Counted from the first letter of the stretch, positions 8,405 through 19,700 are shown. The stretch is DNA of 44,056 nucleotides from a virus (IMGVR_UViG_3300030119_000303:1-44056); one strand, 5' to 3'. Made by a program: numbers and translations. Notes: generated by a model not told the origin, from the sequence alone.

Positions 8405-10837
8405 ATGAGCAATGCTAATGCTACTGTATGGGAGCCTTCCAAACTCACTAAGATATCAGGCAATACTATGTCTGTACCTGAAGTGTTTACTACTGAGGCT
8501 GGCAAAAAGAACTATACTTTAACTAAGTTCACTTATGCTATGCATACTGGTGCACTAGAACTTTATCTTGACGGTAAGTACCTTACTTTAGGTAAAGACT
8601 GGATAGAACTTACTGATTCGTCTTTCTTACTATTACTAGATACAGTGGTAGCTGGACTTACTTTGGTCGCAGTAGGTAAGGTTGGTATTTCAGCGGACTT
8701 AGTTATTGAGTTACCTCCTGCACCAGTTGTACCTGATGTAGATGCTGCTACTTTACCTGTCGCTCATGTAGCTATAGAGGATATTACGCTATCTGGATTA
8801 CAGACAGTGGAGTCTGGGGACATAGCTAATGGTGACAGAGTACTAGTATTAGGGCAAAGTAACGCTGCTAATAACGGTATCTATGTAGCCAGTACTGGCA
8901 ACTGGGAAGTAGCAGCTGACTGGGCGGACACATCATTAATAGTTAGTGGGTGTACAGTACTAGTAACTGCTAACAGTAAGTTATATCATTCAGTATATAC
9001 TGGTTCGTTAGTGATAGGTACTACTGAGGTGACGTTTAAAGAAGTTACTCCGGATATTCCAAGTGCTACTTACCCTAGCCTCGAAGCTGCAGTAGAAGAC
9101 GAAACTATTGAAGTACTTACTTTTATTACTACAGGCTCTTATTTAGCTACATCGTCTACAGAGCATAATGTAAGTGGTAACATGTACCTTAAGATAGTAG
9201 GTCAAGCTGTAGCTGGTGATGGTTGCAGATACATACCTACTACTGATGGTAATACTTTAGTAGGTATGTTTCCTAATGGTTATGTAACTCCAGAACATGC
9301 TGGTGCCGCAGCTGCTTATAATGTTTACGCAGGTGATAAGATAGCTGTAGCTAATGCTGTTGCCGCTGCACTTAATATGCCGCTTGTATTCTTTAAACCT
9401 AATTACAACATGGGTACTGATAGCTTTATTATAGATGGCTTTGCAACTAGTTGGGAAGGAAGAGGCGGACAACCTAGTAGACTATATTGGGATAGCGTAC
9501 CAGCTGAAGGTTACGGGTTACTTATTAAAGGTGAAGATGTTTATGAAGCTAATGACCGTATGGCTAAGTCATTCATTACTCACCTTAACTTATCTGGTGG
9601 CCCTAAGAACAGTGAGTTTACTGCCTCAGCTATACAGATAGGTACTGGCGCTAGTGAAGACAAAGTTAGTTGTGGTAGTATAGATTATGTAAGCGTCAGA
9701 GGATTTAAAACTACTTTTGAGTTCACTGATTATGTATGGAAGTTTCATATTACTAATAGTCGTACTATTGGGGGTGTTATTAAGATGCCTCCATCTGCTT
9801 GGAACGCTGCTGTTGACTTTGGTGAGTGTATGGTTATCCGTGATTGCTTCTTTGCTGATACCAGTAATACGCCTGTTTACTTTACTAGGGGCGAATGGCA
9901 CATACTGGGTAGTTCATTCAATAACATTCCTATTGTTACTGAGCGTGATGCAATTGTATATTGGGAAGGTCATATAGAAAACCCTAATAACAGCTTAACT
10001 ACATTTAAGTATGTAGAGGTCACTGGGGCTAGCTTATTCTGTATAACTAAATCATGGGTACCTAATAACAACCGTGCTTTTGATGAACCTTACTTTATCT
10101 CAGATGCTACTGAAGGTAAGACAGGCGGGCTTATTATGAGAGATTGTACTTATAATATGTCTGGTGATTACAATGTTCGTGGCTCAGGTTATGCTCCTCA
10201 TGACTACTTAGTAGATGGAGTAGGCAGAGTAGCTATTCAGAATCCTCACTACTTAGGTTTCGTAGATTACTATATACCTCCTGTCAGTAAATACACTAAC
10301 ATGATGGCTAATGGTGACTGTGAATCTTCTGATATGAGTGTATATCATAAGCGTGAGTTCTTAGGCGGTAATGCTACTTCTAGTGACTTAGTACTTACCT
10401 CAGAAACTGTTGATGGTAGTATAACACCTAACTGGGGTTCTCGTTTCGGTAAGATACAAGTTACTTACGCAGGTGATGGTGGTCTACAAGGTCTAGAAGT
10501 AGGTCAGTACTTTGCATGTAAACCAGGTGATATTTATACTGGTGGTGTTTATATACGTAATGACTGGGATGCTTCTAATGATGCAGGTCTGTTTCAGGTA
10601 ATCATATATTATAATGATGCCTTAGGTAATAGGAAGCTTGGTGATAAGGTAGAAGCTAGGGTAGAAACCTTACAGAATGACTGGCAGTATGTTCGCATAG
10701 GTGGTATCGTACCTAAAGGATGTACTAATATTCGCCCCTGTGTACAAGTACTATATAACACTGGTGTAAGTAATACAGCTGGTACTGTTATTACAGGTTA
10801 CTTTAACGAGTTCCATTTCGAGATACAGCCTCTATGA
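8405..10837 (+). CDS. Tailspike / tail fibre receptor-binding protein
   Basis: Common tail-fibre motif LSGLQT...GDRVLV..Q..AANNGIYV; central beta-helix-like G/N/aromatic region; C-terminal carbohydrate-binding-like domain starting NMMANGDCE. Confidence 0.8.
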   Translation: MSNANATVWEPSKLTKISGNTMSVPEVFTTEAGKKNYTLTKFTYAMHTGALELYLDGKYLTLGKDWIELTDSSFLLLLDTVVAGLTLVAVGKVGISADLVIELPPAPVVPDVDAATLPVAHVAIEDITLSGLQTVESGDIANGDRVLVLGQSNAANNGIYVASTGNWEVAADWADTSLIVSGCTVLVTANSKLYHSVYTGSLVIGTTEVTFKEVTPDIPSATYPSLEAAVEDETIEVLTFITTGSYLATSSTEHNVSGNMYLKIVGQAVAGDGCRYIPTTDGNTLVGMFPNGYVTPEHAGAAAAYNVYAGDKIAVANAVAAALNMPLVFFKPNYNMGTDSFIIDGFATSWEGRGGQPSRLYWDSVPAEGYGLLIKGEDVYEANDRMAKSFITHLNLSGGPKNSEFTASAIQIGTGASEDKVSCGSIDYVSVRGFKTTFEFTDYVWKFHITNSRTIGGVIKMPPSAWNAAVDFGECMVIRDCFFADTSNTPVYFTRGEWHILGSSFNNIPIVTERDAIVYWEGHIENPNNSLTTFKYVEVTGASLFCITKSWVPNNNRAFDEPYFISDATEGKTGGLIMRDCTYNMSGDYNVRGSGYAPHDYLVDGVGRVAIQNPHYLGFVDYYIPPVSKYTNMMANGDCESSDMSVYHKREFLGGNATSSDLVLTSETVDGSITPNWGSRFGKIQVTYAGDGGLQGLEVGQYFACKPGDIYTGGVYIRNDWDASNDAGLFQVIIYYNDALGNRKLGDKVEARVETLQNDWQYVRIGGIVPKGCTNIRPCVQVLYNTGVSNTAGTVITGYFNEFHFEIQPL

Positions 10838-11403
10838 TAAACATCAGTAGATTAGTTGATTGGGAATTCATTGCTGAACTAGAAGGGGGATGTGCCACTA
10901 TTGGTTACGTCCCTCCTCCTGATGGTGGTAAAGTTGAGTCTGGAGTTACTATAGCTACAGGCTTTGACTTAGGTCAGCGTTCAGCTACTGATATTAAGGC
11001 ACTACCTGATTACTTAATAGCTAAGCTTACACCTTTCTTAGGATTAACTGGTAATAAAGCTATCTATAAGTTAAAAGAGTGCCCTCTAGTACTAACTAAG
11101 ACGGAAGCCTTGCAGATAGATAATTTGTCTCATAGGGAAGCCTTAGTTAACTTGTTAAAAGATTGGGCTGCAGCAGATACTAGTATTGATTACAGGTACT
11201 TAGATAAAAATCTGAGAACAGTAATAGCTAGTGTTGCATTCCAGTACGGTGACTTGCCGTCTAGGACTCCTAAGTTCTGGTCTCAGGTAACTTCTAATCA
11301 GTGGGTTGATGCATACTATAACTTACTTGACTTCAAAGATAACTTTAGAACTCGCCGCCATAAAGAGGCTGCAAAGGTAAGAGGAGTGATATACGGTGAT
11401 TAA
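10834..11403 (+). CDS. Endolysin, pesticin C-terminal-like muramidase (T4 lysozyme fold)
   Basis: VDWEFIAELEGG, GYVP, SGVTIATGFDLGQ, VIASVAFQYG, TPKFW and TRRHKEA are the characteristic pesticin-domain motifs. Confidence 0.88.
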   Translation: MINISRLVDWEFIAELEGGCATIGYVPPPDGGKVESGVTIATGFDLGQRSATDIKALPDYLIAKLTPFLGLTGNKAIYKLKECPLVLTKTEALQIDNLSHREALVNLLKDWAAADTSIDYRYLDKNLRTVIASVAFQYGDLPSRTPKFWSQVTSNQWVDAYYNLLDFKDNFRTRRHKEAAKVRGVIYGD

Positions 11404-11854
11404 GTCAATACTCAGTTTCTTTAGCGGTAATAATGATTTAGCCAAGGGCATAGTAAATACAGTTGATGAAGCTTTCTATACTAACCAAGAGGCACAGGCA
11501 GATACTAGAGGCTTCATTTTCAGCTGGTTATCTGCTACCGGCCCTGCTGCTAGTACTCGTCAGTTTATAGCCATAGCACTAACAGTGTGTTTCTTACTAT
11601 GTATTATGTCAGGGTTGTTAGGTAAAGTACTAGCTAGCGGGTGGTTCTATTTACTTATGGAAGACCAGAAAAAAGCTAAGTTAATTACTGATGCTATGAA
11701 AGCTAGTTCTGGTGAAATGCTAGAAACTGGTGAGATGCTTGGCCCTTATTTCTTACTTATCTTAGCATTTTATTTTGCTATTGAAAAAGTAAATGGTGCC
11801 TTTGATAAACTGGCAGGTCTAGTTAAGCGTAAAAAACCCACAGAAGAGAAGTAA
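11396..11854 (+). CDS. Membrane protein, putative holin
   Basis: Two clear hydrophobic segments and a basic C-terminus; overlaps the lysin stop; GTG start with AGGAG. Confidence 0.6.
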   Translation: MIKSILSFFSGNNDLAKGIVNTVDEAFYTNQEAQADTRGFIFSWLSATGPAASTRQFIAIALTVCFLLCIMSGLLGKVLASGWFYLLMEDQKKAKLITDAMKASSGEMLETGEMLGPYFLLILAFYFAIEKVNGAFDKLAGLVKRKKPTEEK

Positions 11855-11894
11855 GTATGTACATGAGTAGTATATTGTACAAGGAACTAATAAG

Positions 11895-12212
11895 ATGCCC
11901 GACGAATACACTATTAGAGAGATTGCAGACGCCATGGCTAGACTAGAACTGCTAGAAACTACTTTAGAGAAGTATATAGCTAAAGATAGTATGCGTGATA
12001 GAGACATGCACGAACTACTGACAGCTGTTAAAGAAATTAAAACCTCAGTAGAAACCTTAAAGACTAACACAGAGGGAGTAGTAACTACCTGGAAAGTTGT
12101 CAATGGTATACAAAGGTTCTTTAAATGGGTTAGTGGCTTTAGTGTAGTAATAACAGTTATAGCTTATCTTATAACTAAGTTCAAAGCAGAACTGATTAAA
12201 ATATTAGGTTAA
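11895..12212 (+). CDS. Coiled-coil protein with C-terminal TM helix (holin/lysis accessory-like)
   Basis: Heptad-like N-terminus and hydrophobic segment WVSGFSVVITVIAYLI. Confidence 0.55.
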   Translation: MPDEYTIREIADAMARLELLETTLEKYIAKDSMRDRDMHELLTAVKEIKTSVETLKTNTEGVVTTWKVVNGIQRFFKWVSGFSVVITVIAYLITKFKAELIKILG

Positions 12213-12225
12213 TAGGAATTACATT

Positions 12226-13782
12226 ATGGCAGTTATAAATTACTCCATCCAAATAAAAGAAACTAACTTTTCTTTACTATCTACTGACCAGTCTAGTACT
12301 ATCATCGTAGATAATAACAATGAAGTAGCTCCTTCTAATCCTGCCATAGCTTATTGTCATAATGTAATGCCTACTAGACAAGGGCTTAATAGCACTGAGT
12401 TAGTGTTCACTGTACCAGCCGTACAAAGCTTACTTGATTCCCAGAACGAAGTTATTTATACAAATAAGATTGTGTATTCCACAGATAAAAATAAAGTAAC
12501 TATTGCGTTCACTAATATCAATGAGGCATTTGTACTAGATACTGATACCTCTGAATGGTATAGACTACCTGTATTATTGCCTGAACCTACTGGGCCGGAT
12601 GACCCTATATTAATAGAGCGTACATATGAAGTAACTACCGGTACTGTTAATGGTGTTACTTATGTGTATTTATCTAACATAGGTTGCTATACATATAGTG
12701 AAGACAACGTGGCTTTAGAGCCTGTAACACTAACTGGGTTAGATGCCAGTGAAGTACTAGGTGTTGTAGCATCTGGTGGTTACTTAGTTGCATACACAGA
12801 AGATAGTGTAGCTTGGTCGTCTACCATAGACCCTACTGATTTTACACCTAGTGATGTTACTGGTGCTGGTGCAGGTAAGATACAGGAAATACAAGGTAAT
12901 ATATTATTTGCCGTACCTAACTCTACTGGTTTCTTAGTTTATACTGAAGGTAACATTGTGTCTGCTACACTAACTAGTAGTGTTTCTTACCCCTTTAAGT
13001 TCTCTAGTGTAGTAGGTTCTAAAGGCGGTTCTAAGCTAATAACTACTAGTTATGAATCATCTGCTAGAGAGCAGTTTACTTATGGTGATGCAGGACTCCA
13101 GTCAGTTACTAACACTGAGGCATCTAACATACTTCCAGATATCACTGACTTTATATCAGGTAAGATGTATGAAGACTTTGATGATGAAACTATGACCTTT
13201 AACTATGTTGATTTAGTAGCCTCTACTGACATAATAGTTAAGGCAGTAAGCTTTATCTCCAACCGATACTTAGTTATATCTTACGGAATAGGTATAGCTA
13301 ACTCTGATTTACCTACCTTTACTTACGCTCTTATATATGACGTAGAGTTATCAAGACTAGGTAAGGTTAAGTGTACTCATGTGGATGTATTAGAGTTACA
13401 TAACAAACAAGAAGCTCCTGCTAAAACCAGCATAGGTTTCTTAAGTGCAGACGGTAAAGTAGAGTACCTAGATTGGAGTCCTACGGCAGATTCTAATGGT
13501 GTAGTTATTTTAGGTAAGTTACAGTATAGTCGCGAAAGGTTAATAACTCTTCAGGGACTAACAGTTAGTAACATATTTCCCGTAGCTGAACTAGATGTGT
13601 ATGACAGGTATGTACTACCTAACTTCTATGAAGCTATGGTTAAAGCTTATGATGCGGCTAGTGTAGGTAATAAGAGAATATTCAATATACTAACTCAGGC
13701 GCAGTATCATAACATTATCATGAAAGGTAAATTTAACCTTGTTGATGTTATCTGTAAGTACACAATAGCAGGGAGACGATAA
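12226..13782 (+). CDS. Tail nozzle / DNA stabilisation protein (tubular protein B or P22 gp10-like)
   Basis: 518 aa beta-rich, propeller-like protein with NVMPT motif and VAWSS..DP motif; typical position. Confidence 0.7.
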   Translation: MAVINYSIQIKETNFSLLSTDQSSTIIVDNNNEVAPSNPAIAYCHNVMPTRQGLNSTELVFTVPAVQSLLDSQNEVIYTNKIVYSTDKNKVTIAFTNINEAFVLDTDTSEWYRLPVLLPEPTGPDDPILIERTYEVTTGTVNGVTYVYLSNIGCYTYSEDNVALEPVTLTGLDASEVLGVVASGGYLVAYTEDSVAWSSTIDPTDFTPSDVTGAGAGKIQEIQGNILFAVPNSTGFLVYTEGNIVSATLTSSVSYPFKFSSVVGSKGGSKLITTSYESSAREQFTYGDAGLQSVTNTEASNILPDITDFISGKMYEDFDDETMTFNYVDLVASTDIIVKAVSFISNRYLVISYGIGIANSDLPTFTYALIYDVELSRLGKVKCTHVDVLELHNKQEAPAKTSIGFLSADGKVEYLDWSPTADSNGVVILGKLQYSRERLITLQGLTVSNIFPVAELDVYDRYVLPNFYEAMVKAYDAASVGNKRIFNILTQAQYHNIIMKGKFNLVDVICKYTIAGRR

Positions 13783-13940
13783 TGGCTATTAACTTAGATA
13801 TACCTAAATTCCCTTCTGATGATTTAAAGAAAGTAAGTCCTGATGCTTACAACTATATAGCTAGTCTGCATGCTGCTGTAGAGTTGTTAGCAGAAAAGGT
13901 TGATGAGTTAGAGTCTGAGATAGATGCCTTATCACCGTAA
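13782..13940 (+). CDS. Small 52-aa protein missing from the ORF track (MAINLDIPKF...EIDALSP)
   Basis: ATG overlaps the nozzle stop (TAATG); GGGAG RBS; C-terminal heptad pattern. Confidence 0.75.
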   Translation: MAINLDIPKFPSDDLKKVSPDAYNYIASLHAAVELLAEKVDELESEIDALSP

Positions 13941-13955
13941 ATACGCATGACCCTA

Positions 13956-13985
13956 TTGTTATTTACACCTTACATAGAGTATACT
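13956..13985 (+). promoter_or_regulatory. Possible sigma70-like promoter for a leaderless transcript
   Basis: TTGTTA-N18-TATACT with the ATG of 13993 seven nt after the -10 box; no SD sequence. Confidence 0.4.
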
Positions 13986-13992
13986 TATTAAC

Positions 13993-14397
13993 ATGAACTA
14001 CACAATTCGCCCCGTTACTTTATCTGAAGTATTACATGTTGCATCAAAGATACCTCAGCTTAAAGATAAGTTTTCAAATATAACCGACTTAGCTAACGGG
14101 GTTAAGTACTTAGCGCTTGAGTATAATACATATAAAATTATATTCAGTTTAGAGCACAAAGGTGAAGGATACGAAGGGCATATAGCTATAATGCCAGAAC
14201 ATCGTAAAGTAGCTAGACAGCTAACTAAATTAGTATGTCTGTGGGTGTTCACTGAGTATGATAAAGAAGCTAAGTATATAGTAACCCACTTTGATGAAAC
14301 AACTAAGTTTGGTATAATGCTAGGTAATTTTGCTAAAAAATGCGGGTTTGTTAAAGTAGCAGACGTATACCTACTACCTAATAGGAGAGTATTATGA
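13993..14397 (+). CDS. GNAT-fold virion assembly protein (P22 gp14 / T7 gp13-like)
   Basis: YEGHIAIMPEHR and FAKKCGF resemble GNAT motifs A and B; sits just before the ejection proteins. Confidence 0.6.
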   Translation: MNYTIRPVTLSEVLHVASKIPQLKDKFSNITDLANGVKYLALEYNTYKIIFSLEHKGEGYEGHIAIMPEHRKVARQLTKLVCLWVFTEYDKEAKYIVTHFDETTKFGIMLGNFAKKCGFVKVADVYLLPNRRVL

Positions 14398-14774
14398 GTC
14401 TTGATTTAGGCGGAAGCGCAGAAACAGAAAAAAGCAGATCAGATAAGAGCGGGTCAGAAACTAGTGTAGTATCTGGAACTCAGACTACTAGTAAACAGCT
14501 TGACACAGATACACTTAATTACTTACTTGATAGTTTTATGGGTGAGAATCAAGGACTGTCTCAAGTGTTTAGTACTGAACAAGTCTCTGGTATTTATGAT
14601 AGCTCAGTAGCTAGTGAGGCTGCAGGAGACTTAACAGCTAAAATATTAGCAGAGTTAGCAGCACTTACAGCGGAAGAAGTTACTACTACCGAAGGTGTCA
14701 CTGAAACAGAATTCGATGAATCCTCTAATAGTAAGTCTAAATCCGCAGGTGTTAACTTTGGGCTAGGTCTATAA
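14394..14774 (+). CDS. Small internal virion (ejection) protein
   Basis: S/T/G-rich, acidic; AGGAG RBS; first of three genes of increasing size. Confidence 0.6.
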   Translation: MSLDLGGSAETEKSRSDKSGSETSVVSGTQTTSKQLDTDTLNYLLDSFMGENQGLSQVFSTEQVSGIYDSSVASEAAGDLTAKILAELAALTAEEVTTTEGVTETEFDESSNSKSKSAGVNFGLGL

Positions 14775-14787
14775 GTAAGGAATTATT

Positions 14788-16737
14788 ATGAATCCTGTAT
14801 TAGGCAGTATATTTAAAGCTCTACCTTCTGAAGACCAGAAAGCAGCTACTGACATTGGCGCTGAAGAAATAACTAAGCGCCTTAAAAAAGCAGAAGAGTT
14901 AATGGTATCTCAATCAGCAGAAGTTAAAGGCTATGTAGAAGAGCTGGAAACTAATAAAAGGGAAGGCAATGCTGCTAGGGATGCTAAGGCAGCTGCTATT
15001 ACTAATGCCGCAGAGGCCACTACTATAGTTGCTACTGAGAAAGCTAATTTAGTTCTTAAAACAGAGAACGCAGTTATTGATGCTGTCGGCGACTCTGCTG
15101 ATGTGAATTATTTGTCAGAACTTATGACTGAAATCCGCACAGAAGCTAGTGCCCTTGATGACTTATATGACCAAGCTAGAGATATTAGTAACGAGGAAGT
15201 TACTGGTATAGGTTTCTTGGATACTATTATTAGCAATACTCGTATTAAGATGATGCAACCTAAGATAGATGCTCATAAGGCAGCTTTACTAGGTACTCAG
15301 AATGAACTAACTAGCGTGGCTAATGCTACTGAGTCTATTTATTCTATTCAGAATAATACTAAGCGAACTGTTAATAATGAAATAATTGCAGCTAACAATG
15401 AAGTTGTTAAAGCTAAGGCTGAACAAGAACTATCTAATAACGAAGTAGAACGTGCTGCTAGTAATAGTCAGGACGTCGCTCGTATATTCGGTATGAAAGG
15501 GGAAGAACTTAAGAATGCTATGGCAGCTGTAAGATTAGCGCAGGCTGAAAGGTCAGAAGTAACGGAACAGGAACGCATTAAGTTACAGCGTAAACAACAA
15601 GAGTTAACAGAGAAGCGCATAGACCTTGATACTAAGAACCTAGAGCGCGTAGAAAGAGACTCTGCTACTCGTAGTGAGTTATTAGAGCTAGACCTAGCTG
15701 AGAAGAAACGTCAAATTGAACAAGCTAAAGTTACTGACCCTCTGAAAGTAGAGAAGTTACAGACTGAACTTAGTGTACTTAATAGCCAGTTAGCATCTAC
15801 TAGACTCACTGAGCAAGACATAGCTATTAGGGTAAATAAAGCAGAAGCTGCATTAGGATTACCACTAACTTCTTCTGCTACTTTACGTGAAAGATTCAGT
15901 GCTGAAAAAGGAACTGAGTTAGGTACTCGTTGGAGAGACTTGTATTTAATGGGTGGCGGCGAAGGTGAATCAGTACAAATAGGTACATCGCCATTTGATG
16001 CCCTTACTACTGTATCTAAGTTATCTCCTAATGGCGTACCTGCTAACCTGCAATCTTCAGGACTTAAGTTAGCTGAGCAAGCATTAGTTGCTATGTCTAA
16101 TAAAATAGACACAAGAACACAGAAGCGTATAGAGCCTAAGACTGCTCAGGAAGCCGAAGCGTTATTTAATGCTACCTTATCAGAGTTAATTAATGACTAT
16201 ACATCTAACATCAAGGCAGATGATTACTCTAACCCTTATCATGCTCCGCCATTATCAGTAATTACTGAGTATAGTGAAGCTGTTAAGAACAGTGCATTCT
16301 ATACTAAAGTACTTTCTAATGCAGAAGGTGTTAAGGATGCTAATCCTGACAAGTTATTAACTATGGGTGCAGCTGCTGTTAATGCAGGTACTATTAAAGC
16401 TGAAGAAGTAGTTGATGGTATAGAGCTTATCTTTGACACAGCTGTTCAGTATAATAATAGTATTAATGGCGGCTTTGAACGTTACAACATAGCACCGCAA
16501 AGTAGCTATAAGAGTGTAGTTAAGCCAGCAGATAACTCATCTATGCTTAGTAAAGTTGGTGGCTTCTTAGTAGATAGGACTGTAGTAGGCGGAGTTAACA
16601 CAACTACAGAACTTATTAAAGGTCCTGAACCTACTGTAGCTATTGACTTCACTTCACCTGTAGAAATAGAGAACATGCTAACTAAGTATATAGTCAACAC
16701 TCCAGCAGCTACTAATTATAGCGAGGATAATAACTAA
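14788..16737 (+). CDS. Internal virion (ejection) protein, coiled-coil
   Basis: 649 aa, Ala/Glu-rich helical, no Cys; typical position. Confidence 0.7.
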   Translation: MNPVLGSIFKALPSEDQKAATDIGAEEITKRLKKAEELMVSQSAEVKGYVEELETNKREGNAARDAKAAAITNAAEATTIVATEKANLVLKTENAVIDAVGDSADVNYLSELMTEIRTEASALDDLYDQARDISNEEVTGIGFLDTIISNTRIKMMQPKIDAHKAALLGTQNELTSVANATESIYSIQNNTKRTVNNEIIAANNEVVKAKAEQELSNNEVERAASNSQDVARIFGMKGEELKNAMAAVRLAQAERSEVTEQERIKLQRKQQELTEKRIDLDTKNLERVERDSATRSELLELDLAEKKRQIEQAKVTDPLKVEKLQTELSVLNSQLASTRLTEQDIAIRVNKAEAALGLPLTSSATLRERFSAEKGTELGTRWRDLYLMGGGEGESVQIGTSPFDALTTVSKLSPNGVPANLQSSGLKLAEQALVAMSNKIDTRTQKRIEPKTAQEAEALFNATLSELINDYTSNIKADDYSNPYHAPPLSVITEYSEAVKNSAFYTKVLSNAEGVKDANPDKLLTMGAAAVNAGTIKAEEVVDGIELIFDTAVQYNNSINGGFERYNIAPQSSYKSVVKPADNSSMLSKVGGFLVDRTVVGGVNTTTELIKGPEPTVAIDFTSPVEIENMLTKYIVNTPAATNYSEDNN

Positions 16738-19700
16738 TGGCTAATGCATACCAAGATTATATTAACCAGTACACTAAAGGCAGTGCAGCTAGTCCACCAG
16801 CTTGGGCTACTGCTGCCGATACTCAATCCATAGCTAATGGGAATAAAACATTCCTAGAATCTGCCTCTGATTTAACTGCCAGTATACCTAAGTTTATTGG
16901 CGTTAGTCTAATGAGCGGCGTAAACGAACTATATAACATGCCTACTAATATAGGTAATTTGTTCGGTGCTGACTTAGAGACCAGAGAGACAGAAGACTTT
17001 ATAGCTAACTTCGGTGATAACTGGGTTGATTATTATAAGGAATATAAAGAAGGCGCAGACTTAGCTGGGTTTATAGTGTCTTCCTTTATTCCAGGTACAG
17101 CTGGTGTGAGGTTCTTAAACCTGGGTCAGAAATCACTGCAAACTGCTATAGGTGCGGGTAAGTTTAGTTCTGGTATGGGTAAAGCACTAGGGCTACTAGC
17201 ACCTAATAAACCACTGCACTTAGGTAAGGCACTTAAAGAAGTAGCTACTACTGGTACTGCTACATCACTATTTCAAGGTAATGCACTTAAAGCCTTAGCT
17301 AGTGGTGCTCAACAGAACTTCTTAGAAGCATTGGCTTTTGAAGGTATGGTAGCAGCTACTATGTATAGCAGTCCTATATTAGAAGAACAGGATTTCTCTG
17401 ATATAGCTAAAAACGCGCTCTTTGGTGCAGCCTTATTTACAGGTATAGGAGGGGCAGTAGATGCGGCCTCTATTAAGTTCGCTATCCGTAACAAAGCTGA
17501 TGCTGCAACTATTGAAGCTATGCCTTGGACTCATATTCCTGAGCAACATAATATCACAGACCCGCACGCTAAGATTATTATGGATTTGGACACTATTAAT
17601 AACATGCCTGATATCCCTACTAGTTTTAGTCCAGAGCGCCAGTCTATATTAAAGAACAAAGCAGAAGCTACTAAGGCTAAGCTTGAGAACAGGTTAAGAG
17701 AGAACTTTAATGATATTACCGGTAAGGATTATGAAGTATCAGCAGTGCTTACGGATAACATTAAACAACTTCCTTTTGAAGAGCAAGTTAAGTTCGTTAC
17801 TGGCTTAAAGGAAACTAGCAGGCTAACTAAAGACCCTAAGCTAATAAAGGAATACGAGAAGCTAACTGAGAAGGTAGCACTAGGTAAAGCTACTGACGAG
17901 GAAATGAAGAAGTTCCTAGACTCAGATATACATGAAGGTACTGCTAAGTTATGGGGCGAGAATGCTGGTAAGATATCTTTTGAGAAGCCCATAATAACTC
18001 AGCTTGCGGATACACTTAAGAAGGGAGAGAAGATTGAGATTAATAAGTCTCGTACCAAGGTAACTGCTGGTAAGAAAACTTTCTCTTTCTCATTAAAAGA
18101 ACATACTGCTAAAGCTAGCGGTAAGTCTAAGAATCCCTTTAACTTATTCAAAGCGGACAAGCTAACAGTTAATGCTCGTTATATATGGGCACAATCTATA
18201 CCTGATTTAAAGCTATCTGCTAAGAATAAGTTATATGTAGATGCTAATGACTTCCCTTTATTGGAACGTGCTTATCAACAGTACGGGGAGGAAGCATTAG
18301 ATTACCTGCAAATATCTGGTTTACCTAAAGGTGAAGACCTAAGTACTATTGGACTTAAAGACTTTATTATAAGACAGAAATTAGAAGCTGCTAATGAGTT
18401 AATGTACAGGGCTGGTGGTGCTAAGCCTACTGCTACAACTCAGGAAGAAATAGCGGCCATAATTAATGTTAAAAATAAAGTACTTAGTGGCGAGTTAAAA
18501 ACTACTACTTCTGCAGACGACTTTGATATTAGTGACTTCACAGCACTCCAATCTTATGCTAAGGAATTTTCTGATAAGTTCGCTGACGGTAAAGAAGTAG
18601 CTATCTGGAATCGCCCACAACATATTAACGTAGCCTATGATATCTCTAACTTTAATGACTTAGATGGTAACGTACTTAAGGCTGTAACTATTATTAAGGA
18701 GCAGCAACGTGTATATAGACAAGGTATGGATAGAGCAAGTGCTACGGTGTTGGGTGACTTCTTTAGGCAGCTACCTGATATCTTTTCTTCTGATATTAAA
18801 TCAAAGGCTAAGTCTAGTGGAGCAGGGCCTGGCTTCCTTAGTTTTAGTAACGGTAACTATGGCTCGCTAGCAAGTACAGTAGAGTACGTAGGTAATGTTA
18901 CTAACAGAGCAATAACTAAGGCCAAAGAAGCAGCAGAACTTAGGTTGAATGCCCCGCTATATAACTTACGTAATAACGAAAAAGCTGCTATTGAGTTCTC
19001 AACCTTAGATGCTAATTTACGGGCGCTTGAAACTAAGTATACCCTTAATGATGCTGGTAATGCTATGGTTCCGCTTAACCTATATAAGTGGGAGAAGATG
19101 GCTAAAGAAGCAGTAGATAATGGCAAAGAACCACCTACTCGCCCAGTGTTTGATTCTAGGACTCCTGAGAACATACCTATTAAGAACAAGGAAACAGCAG
19201 AAGCTATTAAGGCTCACATAGAACTTAACGGTAAGAATGTAAATAACCTTGCTGCTATCCGCTCTGCTCAAGGAATAGAACTTAACAGAGACCCTCTTGA
19301 GTACTATCCTATTCCTGTTAACCCTAGTGACTACCAGCACTTTGCTATCGTAATAGATAACAGCATTACTACTGGTAATCATCATCGTACTATATATGCT
19401 ACTAGTGAGGAAGAATTAGAGACTATGAGTAATACTCTTAAAAGTAACCCTCAGCTTAAGGTGTTATTTAAGCGGGATGCTGAGGAGTATTACAAGTCTA
19501 TAGGCCAGTATGAGTATGAGAAGACTATTAACAGTAACTACCTAGACATGGAAGTTAAGCGCTTAGGTGTATCTGCTAACTATAACCCTCCTACTGACCC
19601 TACTCTTATTACGCAGAATGTTCTTAAGTGGCATAATGCTAAGGCAGCTAATATTGTAAGAGAAGGTGTTACAGCTAAGTATGAAGTAGAGTTTCAAGAG

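Noticed and set aside
18510-18675. DDFDISD and NDLDGN in the 1645-aa protein as a virion RNA polymerase active site
   Set aside because: Neither matches DxDGD or DFDID, and no other polymerase motifs were seen.
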